Source: a virus
Taxonomy: Duplodnaviria > Caudoviricetes
Virus record (IMG/VR): IMGVR_UViG_3300010396_000071
Location: 1-39,108 of that record
DNA: 39,108 nt
Reading direction: 5' to 3' (one strand)
The position numbers were made by a program, and so were the translations under genes. How positions within the stretch are numbered: the first letter of the stretch is position 1; each line of letters starts with the position of its first letter. The notes under the pieces are model-generated. The model was not told the origin of the DNA and searched no databases. It was given only the letters and a program-made list of their open reading frames with translations. Shown piece after piece: positions 9,508 to 17,323 of the stretch.

Positions 9508-10395
9508 TCATCGCATCGCTGCCTTAATGAGCTGTCCGTATGACTTGAACTCTTGATGATGGAACCGGCGCATGTACTGCGGATGAGGTATCGCCTGCGG
9601 TTCGACGGCATCTACCATCCGCCAGGCACGTTCGGCGTTACGTCCTAGGGTTACAACGGGGGGACGTTGCAACATCTGCCAGAGTGCGTTGAGGTCGCAG
9701 GTTTCGAACTCGTTCGCATTCGCGATCCCGACACGCATGTGATCGACTTCACCGGCGATGAACGCGCCAAGCATCCAGTGACCTGACGTCGCGCGATGTG
9801 GTACGAACGGCCACGGCAGTGAGTTGTTGTTGCGACGATCACCGAGGAGCAGCACAGCTGGTTCCTTAGGTCCGACGTACCGGCCGGGAAACGGTGATGT
9901 GTATGTGACGTCAAACGTGCCATCAGTTGGAAAACCGTTAGGCCACGTCTCCCAGTGAGCCTTGTCCACGACGTAGTGAAAGTAGGCACCACGGATACTT
10001 GCGAGTAGCTCACGCTTGACGAGGTCATCCGGGTTCTGGTCCCAGCGCGACTCAAGTGTCTCGACTGGTGCGCTGAGGTGAACGAAGTGACAGCCGAGTG
10101 ACGCCATCACCATCTCGATGTAGTTCGCCTGACGCACGGTGAGCTTCGACTCGCCGCGAAGAAGTGGTCCGTAAATGAGCTCACCCACGTGCCAGCGATC
10201 AAGAATCATGATACGCTCATGATGCTCAACGAGATCAACGAACGGTTCGAGATACTCCGCGATCGGATCCAGCTGGATGGGCCCACGCTTTAGTACGGTA
10301 ACTTGTGTGTTGAAGAACATAAAACACATGGATCCGAGTTGGTGAGCGAGTGTTGTCTTACCCGCGCCGTCCGGACCCTCGAGGCAGATAATCAC
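9508..10395 (-). CDS. dNMP (thymidylate-type) kinase fused to a C-terminal UDG-like domain
   Basis: LEGPDGAGKTT, ILDRW..E.IYG; the C-terminal half has VLLLGDR, PF...SG, VVTLGRNA, PHPQY, the motif layout of the UDG superfamily. Confidence 0.8.
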   Translation of the reverse strand: MIICLEGPDGAGKTTLAHQLGSMCFMFFNTQVTVLKRGPIQLDPIAEYLEPFVDLVEHHERIMILDRWHVGELIYGPLLRGESKLTVRQANYIEMVMASLGCHFVHLSAPVETLESRWDQNPDDLVKRELLASIRGAYFHYVVDKAHWETWPNGFPTDGTFDVTYTSPFPGRYVGPKEPAVLLLGDRRNNNSLPWPFVPHRATSGHWMLGAFIAGEVDHMRVGIANANEFETCDLNALWQMLQRPPVVTLGRNAERAWRMVDAVEPQAIPHPQYMRRFHHQEFKSYGQLIKAAMR

Positions 10396-10556
10396 CGTCG
10401 GCTCCTGCTACTCACCAGAAATATCAGAATGAACGCACCACCAATGAAGAAACCGATGATTATTGCGCCTACATTGGGTAGGTTAAAGAAATGAACGAGC
10501 ACGTACGTAACCGCGAGTGCTAGTGCGACGAACACAGCGAGACGCAGGAGATTCAC
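10392..10556 (-). CDS. Small two-TM membrane protein
   Basis: GTG 10556 overlaps the upstream TGA; two hydrophobic helices and a basic tail SSRSRR. Confidence 0.65.
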   Translation of the reverse strand: MNLLRLAVFVALALAVTYVLVHFFNLPNVGAIIIGFFIGGAFILIFLVSSRSRR

Positions 10557-10645
10557 TTTAAATCTACCCCCGTGTGGCACATACTTACAAGTAAGATGAT
10601 GGCGAGTAGTGCCACTGCGAAGATGATAAGTGTGTCTTTTCTCAC
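10553..10645 (-). CDS. Small membrane peptide (30 aa)
   Basis: MRKDTLIIFAVALLAIILLVSMCHTGVDLK; GTGA overlaps at both ends; below the ORF-track cutoff. Confidence 0.55.
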   Translation of the reverse strand: MRKDTLIIFAVALLAIILLVSMCHTGVDLK

Positions 10646-11112
10646 GTTGCACGCACCGGAAGTGGCATGTTCGCAAAGAAGTGTGCGCCGTAGCTCGGCG
10701 CGTAGAGCGGAAGCTCGGTGGTGTTCGTCGTTAGCAGTGCGATACGTGAGTTACCAATGACCGGTCGCCAGTCCCGCTGGACGATCGTACGTGTTGGGTT
10801 GTCGTGTGCGTGTTTACCGAGTGGACCAGTGTACGGCTTGCGATCGTCGACTACGATAAGTTTAAACGGCTCGCGTTGAGGAGGCTGCAGCGCGTAGACG
10901 TCATCCCACGTGAGGTCGTAGTAACCAACGACGGTGTCGGCGCTGTCACCGTGTCGACGAATGACGTGCATGAGCTGCGCCACGGTAGCGACGGGAAGTT
11001 CAAGATCAGTCGACCTTCGATCGCGTATGACAGTTGCGATGATGAACGCTAGACACGCGAGCACACCGAGTACAGACGGTCCAGCGATGAGATACGTGAA
11101 GATGTCGTTCAC
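10642..11112 (-). CDS. Membrane-anchored protein with DUF433-like segment
   Basis: AGGAGGAG RBS; N-terminal TM helix; LPVATVAQLM...GDSADTVVGYYDLTWDDVYA resembles the DUF433 HTH. Confidence 0.7.
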   Translation of the reverse strand: MNDIFTYLIAGPSVLGVLACLAFIIATVIRDRRSTDLELPVATVAQLMHVIRRHGDSADTVVGYYDLTWDDVYALQPPQREPFKLIVVDDRKPYTGPLGKHAHDNPTRTIVQRDWRPVIGNSRIALLTTNTTELPLYAPSYGAHFFANMPLPVRAT

Positions 11113-11140
11113 TGTCTCCTCCTATTTTGTCTGCCGCCAG

Positions 11141-11236
11141 AGGGGTGGGCAGGACTCGAACCTGCAACCGATTCGCTTTCGCGAGTGATTTCATCGTACA
11201 TATCGATGCCGCTCTCCCACATTGAGCTACCACCCC
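11141..11236 (-). ncRNA. Atypical tRNA-like RNA (96 nt)
   Basis: Acceptor GGGGTGG/CCACCCC, D-arm GCTC-AATGTGGGA-GAGC, T-arm GCAGG-TTCGAGT-CCTGC; abnormal anticodon loop (CATCG-ATATGTA-CGATG); long extra arm with TCGC-GAAA-GCGA; no encoded CCA. Confidence 0.75.
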
Positions 11237-11309
11237 GCGCCGGTGAGGCCACGTGGATTGGCTACCGGTCGTAGCCCCACCGCGTCTAGTTCCCCGTGTG
11301 TCTACTCTA

Positions 11310-12083
11310 CTACTTGAGTGAGTCTCGTAGCTGATCCCACTTACGTGCCTTGTCGCGAAGCTCAGTAAGCTCTTCCCGCGTGACTTGCGTTTCGTTGACG
11401 CTGTCCGTTACGAGGTTGCACGCATCACGAATGAGCTCGTACGCCTGCGAGAGTGTCGTCACGAGTCGTTGTACGCTCGAAGTTTCGGTGGGGAGTGTCG
11501 CGACTGGTTTGGGCGACGGTGTAGGTACCGGCACAGTTGTCGTAGGCGGCGGCTGTCGATGCCGTGTCACCTTGAGTGTGCGACAGTGTTTGTTATAGAC
11601 GTTGCTTGTCACGGTTGACGTCCACGCGACGCCACGCACTGTGGTAAAACCGCGACGATTCAACGCATCGGCGGCGCGCTCCATGAAGTTACGTCCACCG
11701 CCGTCGTTCATCGCGTCGTAGACTGCCTGCGCAACGGCTCGTAGCACACGTGGTTCATACGCGGTATGTGACCTGTTGGCGTCGTGTGATGCGGTGTGTG
11801 CCATCGCAGAGAGAAGTACGTCCCACGTCTTTCCACAGAACTTCTCGTTTACCGTCTTCGTGCAAGTGAACATCGTAGCGCCGTCGATGTGAAGTTCGTC
11901 TTCAACGAGGATCTCAACGATGTTTGCGAACGCGACGACGCGTCCCTTGAGTTTGGGATTCGGGTGCTCACCCATCGCTTGCTGTGTGCTTACGATTGGA
12001 AGTGACTTACCATTAGGGTAAACGAGATGCGTAAGTGCGACGTCCGCGATGGGACGTTCGATCGGTGTGGTTGGCATACGCAC
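11310..12083 (-). CDS. Putative DNA-binding protein (C2H2-like finger + recombinase-type HTH + coiled coil)
   Basis: FTC...CGKTW...AMAHTASH; AADALNRRGFTTVRGVAWTSTV matches the HTH signature of the serine-recombinase DNA-binding domain; has its own promoter. Confidence 0.7.
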   Translation of the reverse strand: MRMPTTPIERPIADVALTHLVYPNGKSLPIVSTQQAMGEHPNPKLKGRVVAFANIVEILVEDELHIDGATMFTCTKTVNEKFCGKTWDVLLSAMAHTASHDANRSHTAYEPRVLRAVAQAVYDAMNDGGGRNFMERAADALNRRGFTTVRGVAWTSTVTSNVYNKHCRTLKVTRHRQPPPTTTVPVPTPSPKPVATLPTETSSVQRLVTTLSQAYELIRDACNLVTDSVNETQVTREELTELRDKARKWDQLRDSLK

Positions 12084-12114
12084 ATCCTCTCATTCTTCGT
12101 TGTTCATTACTATG

Positions 12115-12143
12115 ATCATACCAGGAGATAGGATCAATGTAAA
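12115..12143 (-). promoter_or_regulatory. SigA/HrdB-type promoter TTTACA-N17-TATGAT
   Basis: Minus strand TTTACA ttgatcctatctcctgg TATGAT with extended -10 TG; the same hexamers recur at 19680 and 22495. Confidence 0.8.
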
Positions 12144-12154
12144 ATCGTTTCTCG

Positions 12155-12427
12155 TTAGTGCTCATCCATGAACTGAACCTCGAGGATCGCCGACGTCGAA
12201 AGTACGCGCCATCGGCCCATGTAGTCGTTGAACACTAGCTGCGGTGCGAGGTATGGGTTGAGTGGTGTAGCGACGTTAACGATCTTCGACGCTATAATCA
12301 TCTTTCGCTTCGCGTAGTGGTCACGGAAAATGATTCGCGCGGGACCGTCGATGTATTTCGTGAGCATACGAATGCGTACATCACGTTGGATGCGTCGAAT
12401 CTGGATACGTTTCTCGCTTGTGCTCAT
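12155..12427 (-). CDS. Hypothetical protein
   Basis: 90-aa ORF abutting the upstream stop (TAG-ATG). Confidence 0.7.
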   Translation of the reverse strand: MSTSEKRIQIRRIQRDVRIRMLTKYIDGPARIIFRDHYAKRKMIIASKIVNVATPLNPYLAPQLVFNDYMGRWRVLSTSAILEVQFMDEH

Positions 12428-12913
12428 CTACACCACGGCCCGGTCTACGTACGCACGGCGAACACTCTCATCGAGCTCGGCGGCGCGTGCGAGAGCGCGA
12501 GCCGCTGGACCGGGGAGGAAAACCTCGCCGTCACGGGGTCGAACGGTGAGAACCTCGACGATCTCGTAGCCGCCGCTTACCCACAACGTGCGACACTTCG
12601 TGAACTCATTAGGCACGATCGACAACCCAAGCGTGTGTACGAGGTAGTGTGAACAGTCACCGGTTTCGACTGATGTAAACTTAAAGATGCGTACCTCATT
12701 CCAGCGACACGCGGAGCAGCGTTGACTCTTACTCGCGAACTCACGGCCACCATCGACGTGATCACGGTGATGCTCGACGCGTGAGCTACCGTAGCCGATG
12801 AGCTGCGCGCGTCCGCGAATCACGCCGTCACGCGACTGGATCACGACATCCTGGATCTCGTGACTTGGCATCCGCGTTAGCGCGTCGTTGGTGTGCGACA
12901 TATTGACGTACAC
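12428..12913 (-). CDS. Hypothetical protein (H/CxxC metal-binding motif)
   Basis: AAGGGAAG RBS; HHRDH...CSACRW; first gene of the leftward arm. Confidence 0.75.
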   Translation of the reverse strand: MYVNMSHTNDALTRMPSHEIQDVVIQSRDGVIRGRAQLIGYGSSRVEHHRDHVDGGREFASKSQRCSACRWNEVRIFKFTSVETGDCSHYLVHTLGLSIVPNEFTKCRTLWVSGGYEIVEVLTVRPRDGEVFLPGPAARALARAAELDESVRRAYVDRAVV

Positions 12914-12964
12914 GTACGTTCACTTCCCTTCGTTGAGTCATTGGTCGTTTCTCGTTGGTGAGTC

Positions 12965-13052
12965 TACGGTATCAAGTTTACCGTCGTGATGACACCGGTA
13001 AATCATAGCACTGGGTGATCAAGTTGCGATATCAGGTTGATAAAATACAGGT
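12965..13052. promoter_or_regulatory. Divergent promoter / operator region
   Basis: Leftward TGcTATGAT (13010-13002); rightward TGaTAAAAT (13038-13046) 6 nt before ATG 13053; three ATCA(A/G)GTT repeats. Confidence 0.6.
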
Positions 13053-13247
13053 ATGAGTGACGATCGCTACAAGATGCTGCTCAGGATTCCGCGAGACATG
13101 GCCGCGGAGATGTTCGAGGAGGCTCGTCGCAACGGTATCGGACGCACTGCGATGATCACGACACTCATGCGTGAGGCACTCGACGCTCGAAAGGCGCGAC
13201 GTACGTCGCTGCTGACGTTGGAAGCTGAGCTCGCGAAACATCACTAG
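13053..13247 (+). CDS. Ribbon-helix-helix (Arc-like) regulator
   Basis: KMLLRIPRDM...EARRNGIGRTAMITTLMREAL; probably leaderless. Confidence 0.8.
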   Translation: MSDDRYKMLLRIPRDMAAEMFEEARRNGIGRTAMITTLMREALDARKARRTSLLTLEAELAKHH

Positions 13248-13280
13248 GCCCGGGCCGCTCTTCAGTCGGTCCGGGCCTAG
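13244..13280 (+). terminator. Stem-loop after the RHH gene
   Basis: CTAGGCCCGGGCCG...CGGTCCGGGCCTAG, 14 bp with one G-U; weak U-tail. Confidence 0.55.
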
Positions 13281-13321
13281 CTTGTCCCCATCGGCAGCAA
13301 ATCGATCAGGGAGGGTACTCG

Positions 13322-14428
13322 GTGTCAGATCAGATAGTACCAGAAATCGACAGAGATGAAAACTCACAACTAGACGCAAAGATCAGGTGGGCCGCTCGCT
13401 ACATCCAGTGGGAGTGGCCCGTCTTCGTCCTTGGGCATAAGAAGACACCAGTCAAGAACTGCGAGATGTGCGACTCGCAGCTACCTGGCTACGTGCCGCA
13501 CCCGATGGAAGACTGCCCGTGTCTCATGTGTCACGGCTTCTACGCCGCGACGTTGTCGCTGGATCGGGTGTGCGACATGCTGCGGATCCGACCCAACGGC
13601 ATGCTCGCGGTTCGCACGGGTGGGATGAGAGGAGTGGGTGGTGGGCTACTGGTCATCGACGCCGAGGCAACGGCTGACCCACGAGATGAGGATAACCTCA
13701 CGGGCCTTGACGTCCTGGACGACTGGGAGGGATGGACTGGTTTCGAGCTGGCCTGGCGTGCGACGCTCCGGCAGCGAACCGCGAGTGGTGGACTTCACGT
13801 CGTGTATCGGATACCGGCCGACGTCCAGGTCGGGTCGCACAACCGGGTTCTGCCGCAGGTGGACGTCAAGGCGAACGGCGGCTACGTCGCCGTACCTGAC
13901 GGTACGAACGACCGCCACTGGCGGCCTTACGACCCGTGGGGACAGTGGCAGGTAAACTTACCGGTGGAGGCTCCGGCAGACCTGCTGGAGTGGCTACAGC
14001 GAACCACGGGTCGGACGTACCGTGCGGGTAGCGGAGGCGGTGGCAGTCGCGGCGCGCTGCTCTCGGAGGCAGACTTCCAGCGGGCGTACGAGCACGGAGC
14101 CACCGCCGGTGAGCGTGAGCCGTTCTTCGCGATGCTGTCATTCCGACTGTTCAAGCGGGGAACGCTGCCGGACGCGGTGCGTGAGGAGTGTTGGCGACAC
14201 TGGCAGCGATGCGAGCAGCCGCCGGGAGATGAGTTTCGCTGGGACGCGGTGGAGTACAAGATCCGGCGGGACGCGGTGACCGTCCAGCGCGACGCGCCGA
14301 TGAGTGACAAGCTGCTGGAGTGGGTTAACACGTTTCGAGATAAGAATGATGACGGCAAGAACAGGCGTAGTAGTACGACGACTAGGTCGCCGCATCGCAA
14401 CGTGACCGTGGTGCGGAGGCAGAGGTGA
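13322..14428 (+). CDS. Bifunctional DNA primase/polymerase (prim-pol) with PriCT-like C-terminus
   Basis: WPVF, Cys/His insert ending CHGFYAAT, AVRTG, LLVIDAE, TASGGLHVVY, DVKANGGYV; C-terminal GER...CEQPP. Confidence 0.9.
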   Translation: MSDQIVPEIDRDENSQLDAKIRWAARYIQWEWPVFVLGHKKTPVKNCEMCDSQLPGYVPHPMEDCPCLMCHGFYAATLSLDRVCDMLRIRPNGMLAVRTGGMRGVGGGLLVIDAEATADPRDEDNLTGLDVLDDWEGWTGFELAWRATLRQRTASGGLHVVYRIPADVQVGSHNRVLPQVDVKANGGYVAVPDGTNDRHWRPYDPWGQWQVNLPVEAPADLLEWLQRTTGRTYRAGSGGGGSRGALLSEADFQRAYEHGATAGEREPFFAMLSFRLFKRGTLPDAVREECWRHWQRCEQPPGDEFRWDAVEYKIRRDAVTVQRDAPMSDKLLEWVNTFRDKNDDGKNRRSSTTTRSPHRNVTVVRRQR

Positions 14429-15906
14429 CGGTACCCACCGCGCAAGAAATCATCGCGCTCAATGACGCGGATGAGATCAACTCATCGGATAAGGGCAACG
14501 CTCGGCGGTTCGCACTGCTGTACCGTGATGTTATTCGCTACGTGATGGACCGTGACCAGTGGCTCGTGTGGAACGGTAGACACTGGGAACCGGATGAGGG
14601 ACGCCTGCGCGTCATCGCGCTCACCGCTGGGGTGACCCGCGCGATTCGCCAGGAGGTCGAGGCAACGGCACCGGGTGATGACCCGGATGACCCGCGCTCC
14701 GCTCGCAACCGGCTCGCACGCCACGCGTTCACCACGGAGAGCCTACCGTCGAAACGCCGCATGGTAGATCTCGCCGCGACGGAGCCGGGCATCCAGGTGA
14801 CGGAGGAGCAGCTTGACTCGGATCCCAACCAGCTGGTCGCGTCGAACTGCACCGTGGACATGCTCACCGGTAAGTGCACGCTCACGAAGAGCTCGGACCT
14901 CAACACGCGCTGCGTCCGGGTACCGTACGACGAGGACGCGAAGTCACCGTTGCTGACGCAGTACCTAGAGACCTTCATGCCGGAACCCGCGGGGCAGGAG
15001 GTGCTGTTCGCACTGCTGGGAACCGCACTTCGGGGTGGCAACCCCTCGCGGCTGCTGCCGTTCATTCTCGGGCACACGACGTCGGGCAAGTCCCAGCTGG
15101 TCGCGGCCCTAGACCGGCTGCTGGGACCGTACGTCTGCACCGTGGGAAGTACGATCTTTCGCGGCAACCTAGACGACAAGCCGCGACCGGACCTCGTGCG
15201 AGCGATGTACACACGCATCGCGTACGCGGTGGAGGCGTCGAAGGTCTGGGAGCTACACGCGGACCAGGTGAAGCGCATCACGGGTGGTGACGCCGTCCCG
15301 TACCGGGATCTGTACAGCAAGGTCGTGGAGGCCACACCGCGGTTCACGCCGCTCATCGTCACGAACGAGATGCCAAAGATCAAGGGAGCTGATCCAGCGT
15401 TGAAGCGGCGGTGCCTGGTCGTACGCTTCGACAGAACGCTGCCGCCGGAGAAGGAAGACACGACCATCAAGGAGCGGTTCATCCACGACGAGAGGTGTCT
15501 GCAGGCGCTGCTCGCGCGAGTGGTGAGAGGTGCGAGTAGTGAGCTCATGCGGAACGGCGTCCGGTGGGACCTCATACCGTCGAAGTTCGCGCTGGACACC
15601 ATCACGGCGTTTGGGCAGATGGACAACATAGACGAGTTTCTCATGTGGATGCGTGACGAGGGACACCTCGTCGAGGATGACGATGACCTGGCGATGATGC
15701 ACTCGGCGCGAGTGAGCTCGGTTCACGGGTGGTACGCGCACTGGATCTCGAAACACGGTGACAAGATGGATAAGAGTGAGGCACTCAACCTCACGAAGTT
15801 CAACGCGTCACTGCGTGAACGAGGCTGGCAGAGTGCGGTGAGTAACGGTACACGCTGGATGGGTAAGCGTCTCTTGAGTGAAAAACCCACGCTGTTCGAG
15901 CTCTAG
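14425..15906 (+). CDS. D5/P4-family SF3 helicase (primase partner)
   Basis: SDKGNARRF, WLVWNGRHW (D5_N), Walker A GHTTSGKS, KRITGGD, TNEMP, DPALKRR. Confidence 0.92.
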   Translation: MTVPTAQEIIALNDADEINSSDKGNARRFALLYRDVIRYVMDRDQWLVWNGRHWEPDEGRLRVIALTAGVTRAIRQEVEATAPGDDPDDPRSARNRLARHAFTTESLPSKRRMVDLAATEPGIQVTEEQLDSDPNQLVASNCTVDMLTGKCTLTKSSDLNTRCVRVPYDEDAKSPLLTQYLETFMPEPAGQEVLFALLGTALRGGNPSRLLPFILGHTTSGKSQLVAALDRLLGPYVCTVGSTIFRGNLDDKPRPDLVRAMYTRIAYAVEASKVWELHADQVKRITGGDAVPYRDLYSKVVEATPRFTPLIVTNEMPKIKGADPALKRRCLVVRFDRTLPPEKEDTTIKERFIHDERCLQALLARVVRGASSELMRNGVRWDLIPSKFALDTITAFGQMDNIDEFLMWMRDEGHLVEDDDDLAMMHSARVSSVHGWYAHWISKHGDKMDKSEALNLTKFNASLRERGWQSAVSNGTRWMGKRLLSEKPTLFEL

Positions 15907-15909
15907 ACA

Positions 15910-16201
15910 CTGTAAGTGGGTGGAACGCAAACTGCTTACAGCGGGCTTACAACGTACGTTAAGTAAGATATGAGAGATCAACTTTTGCAAGCAAATGGCA
16001 CTCTGGCGGCCAGCTGTAAGCGGACTGTAAGTAGGTTGCTTACAGAAGTTGATCATGTGGAGTACCAGGTAGAACAATTAGTATGTATTATTTTATTCTC
16101 TTATTGTAAGTCTGTAAGCAGGGGTGTGCAAACTACTGGCTAGTACGTACGCGATGTACGCGCAGCAGCTACGGAAATAGTTTCGTGAAAGTTGCTTACA
16201 G
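15910..16201. repeat. Cluster of nine TGTAAG/CTTACA repeats around an AT-rich tract (putative origin or packaging site)
   Basis: Copies near 15911, 15935, 15946, 16015, 16026, 16039, 16105, 16113 and 16195, in both orientations; AT-rich 16074-16106. Confidence 0.7.
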
Positions 16202-16231
16202 TGTACAGCAGGAGATCATGAGAGAAGTAGA

Positions 16232-16266
16232 AAGAGAGATAAGAAGAGAGATAAGAAGAGAGATAA
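16232..16266 (+). repeat. Tandem 12-mer AAGAGAGATAAG x3 within a purine-rich tract
   Basis: Read directly from the sequence; the third copy lacks its final G. Confidence 0.8.
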
Positions 16267-16297
16267 ATTGAGCATAGAGAGGATAGATAAGCTTAAG

Positions 16298-17068
16298 ATG
16301 GATACGCGAGTAACGGGCTTACTTAACTGGCAACGTAAGGGATATGAGGAGGCGGTGAGGAGATGGAAGGAAGGGATACTTGACTGTGACGCGGTGTACC
16401 AGCGAGGATATGACAAGGGAAAGAGGTGTCTGTCGCCACCGGGAAAGGGAACGACGCACGAGGGGATAGGAACATGCATGGCTCACGGTGGAGCGCGTGG
16501 GGTTGGAAAGGCGATGGGAGCTTGGCTCATGGCACATAAGTACGCACAGGAACTCGATGTGACGCCCTGGGAGGCGCTGCTCAAGGTTGTGAGGATCACG
16601 GCTGGGAAGCTGGCGTACATCGAGGAAGTCATTGGTCGGGCGACGTCGGATGAGGAGATAGAGGGCCGGCTCGTCGTGGAAGACATGCCCACGACGGTGG
16701 GACCGAACGGTGAGGTCACGACGGGTAGGAACCTGACGTGGTGGGTGGAGCAGTCGTATGATGAGCGGAAGCTGCTCGCACGGGTTTCGAAGATGGCCAT
16801 CGACGCCGGGGTGGCGCAACTGCTCATCACGCAGGAGATCCAGCAGGGGCAAGAAATGGCGACCGTTCTCGTTCGTACGCTCGCCGCGCTGGAAGAGGCT
16901 GGGTTGTCGGCGGAGATGCTCGACCTTGCTCGTAATACAATGAGATCTGAGATACTCGCGCTGGAGTCTGGTCGCGCACCTGGTGGGACGGATATGACTA
17001 CGGTTGCGAAGATGAAGGTCATTGAAGGAGGAACGAGTAGTGATGGAGAAACGTCTGAACCACCGTGA
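16298..17068 (+). CDS. Putative terminase small subunit (HGG motif protein)
   Basis: CDA...C...GIGTCMAHGG motif, helical C-terminus (ERKLLARVSKMAIDAGVAQ), upstream of the large terminase; start uncertain (16268 or 16298). Confidence 0.65.
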   Translation: MDTRVTGLLNWQRKGYEEAVRRWKEGILDCDAVYQRGYDKGKRCLSPPGKGTTHEGIGTCMAHGGARGVGKAMGAWLMAHKYAQELDVTPWEALLKVVRITAGKLAYIEEVIGRATSDEEIEGRLVVEDMPTTVGPNGEVTTGRNLTWWVEQSYDERKLLARVSKMAIDAGVAQLLITQEIQQGQEMATVLVRTLAALEEAGLSAEMLDLARNTMRSEILALESGRAPGGTDMTTVAKMKVIEGGTSSDGETSEPP

Positions 17069-17180
17069 CGCACCGGTCACACGAGGTGTCGCGCTCACGG
17101 TTGTGGCTATCTTAGTGGGAGTGGTGTTAGCGGTCGTACTTTGCCTGCCACTACTCATGGTGGTTGGGAGTATGCTGTGA
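17043..17180 (+). CDS. Small membrane protein (45 aa)
   Basis: AAGGAGG RBS; MEKRLNHRDAPVTRGVALTVVAILVGVVLAVVLCLPLLMVVGSML. Confidence 0.55.
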   Translation: MEKRLNHRDAPVTRGVALTVVAILVGVVLAVVLCLPLLMVVGSML

Positions 17181-17323
17181 GTAGGTGGGGTTTCACGCAC
17201 CGCTGGACGAGGAGTGACCTGCTCGACTGGGTCGAGCTCGTGGTCGCCATCGCGTACGCGTACAGGTACGCACAGCTGAGAGTCTTGTACGACGTATCGG
17301 TCGTGAACGGAGAGTTGAAGTGA
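17177..17323 (+). CDS. Hypothetical protein
   Basis: GTGA overlaps at both ends. Confidence 0.5.
   Translation: MSRWGFTHRWTRSDLLDWVELVVAIAYAYRYAQLRVLYDVSVVNGELK

Noticed and set aside
11141-11236. Assignment as tRNA-His, tRNA-Tyr, tRNA-Sec or tmRNA
   Set aside because: The anticodon loop is non-canonical, GTA is off-centre, there is no TCA anticodon, and there is no G3:U70 pair or tag reading frame.
11600-11690. Serine integrase / lysogeny module
   Set aside because: Only the DNA-binding signature is present; no catalytic resolvase domain or att site is recognisable.
14538-15644. 368-aa antisense ORF (and similar long antisense ORFs at 2042, 16319, 31549, 34289)
   Set aside because: Shadow frames of GC-rich genes, with no RBS or motifs.
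15910-16266. Repeats as a mini-CRISPR array
   Set aside because: Units are only 6-12 bp, in mixed orientation with irregular spacing.
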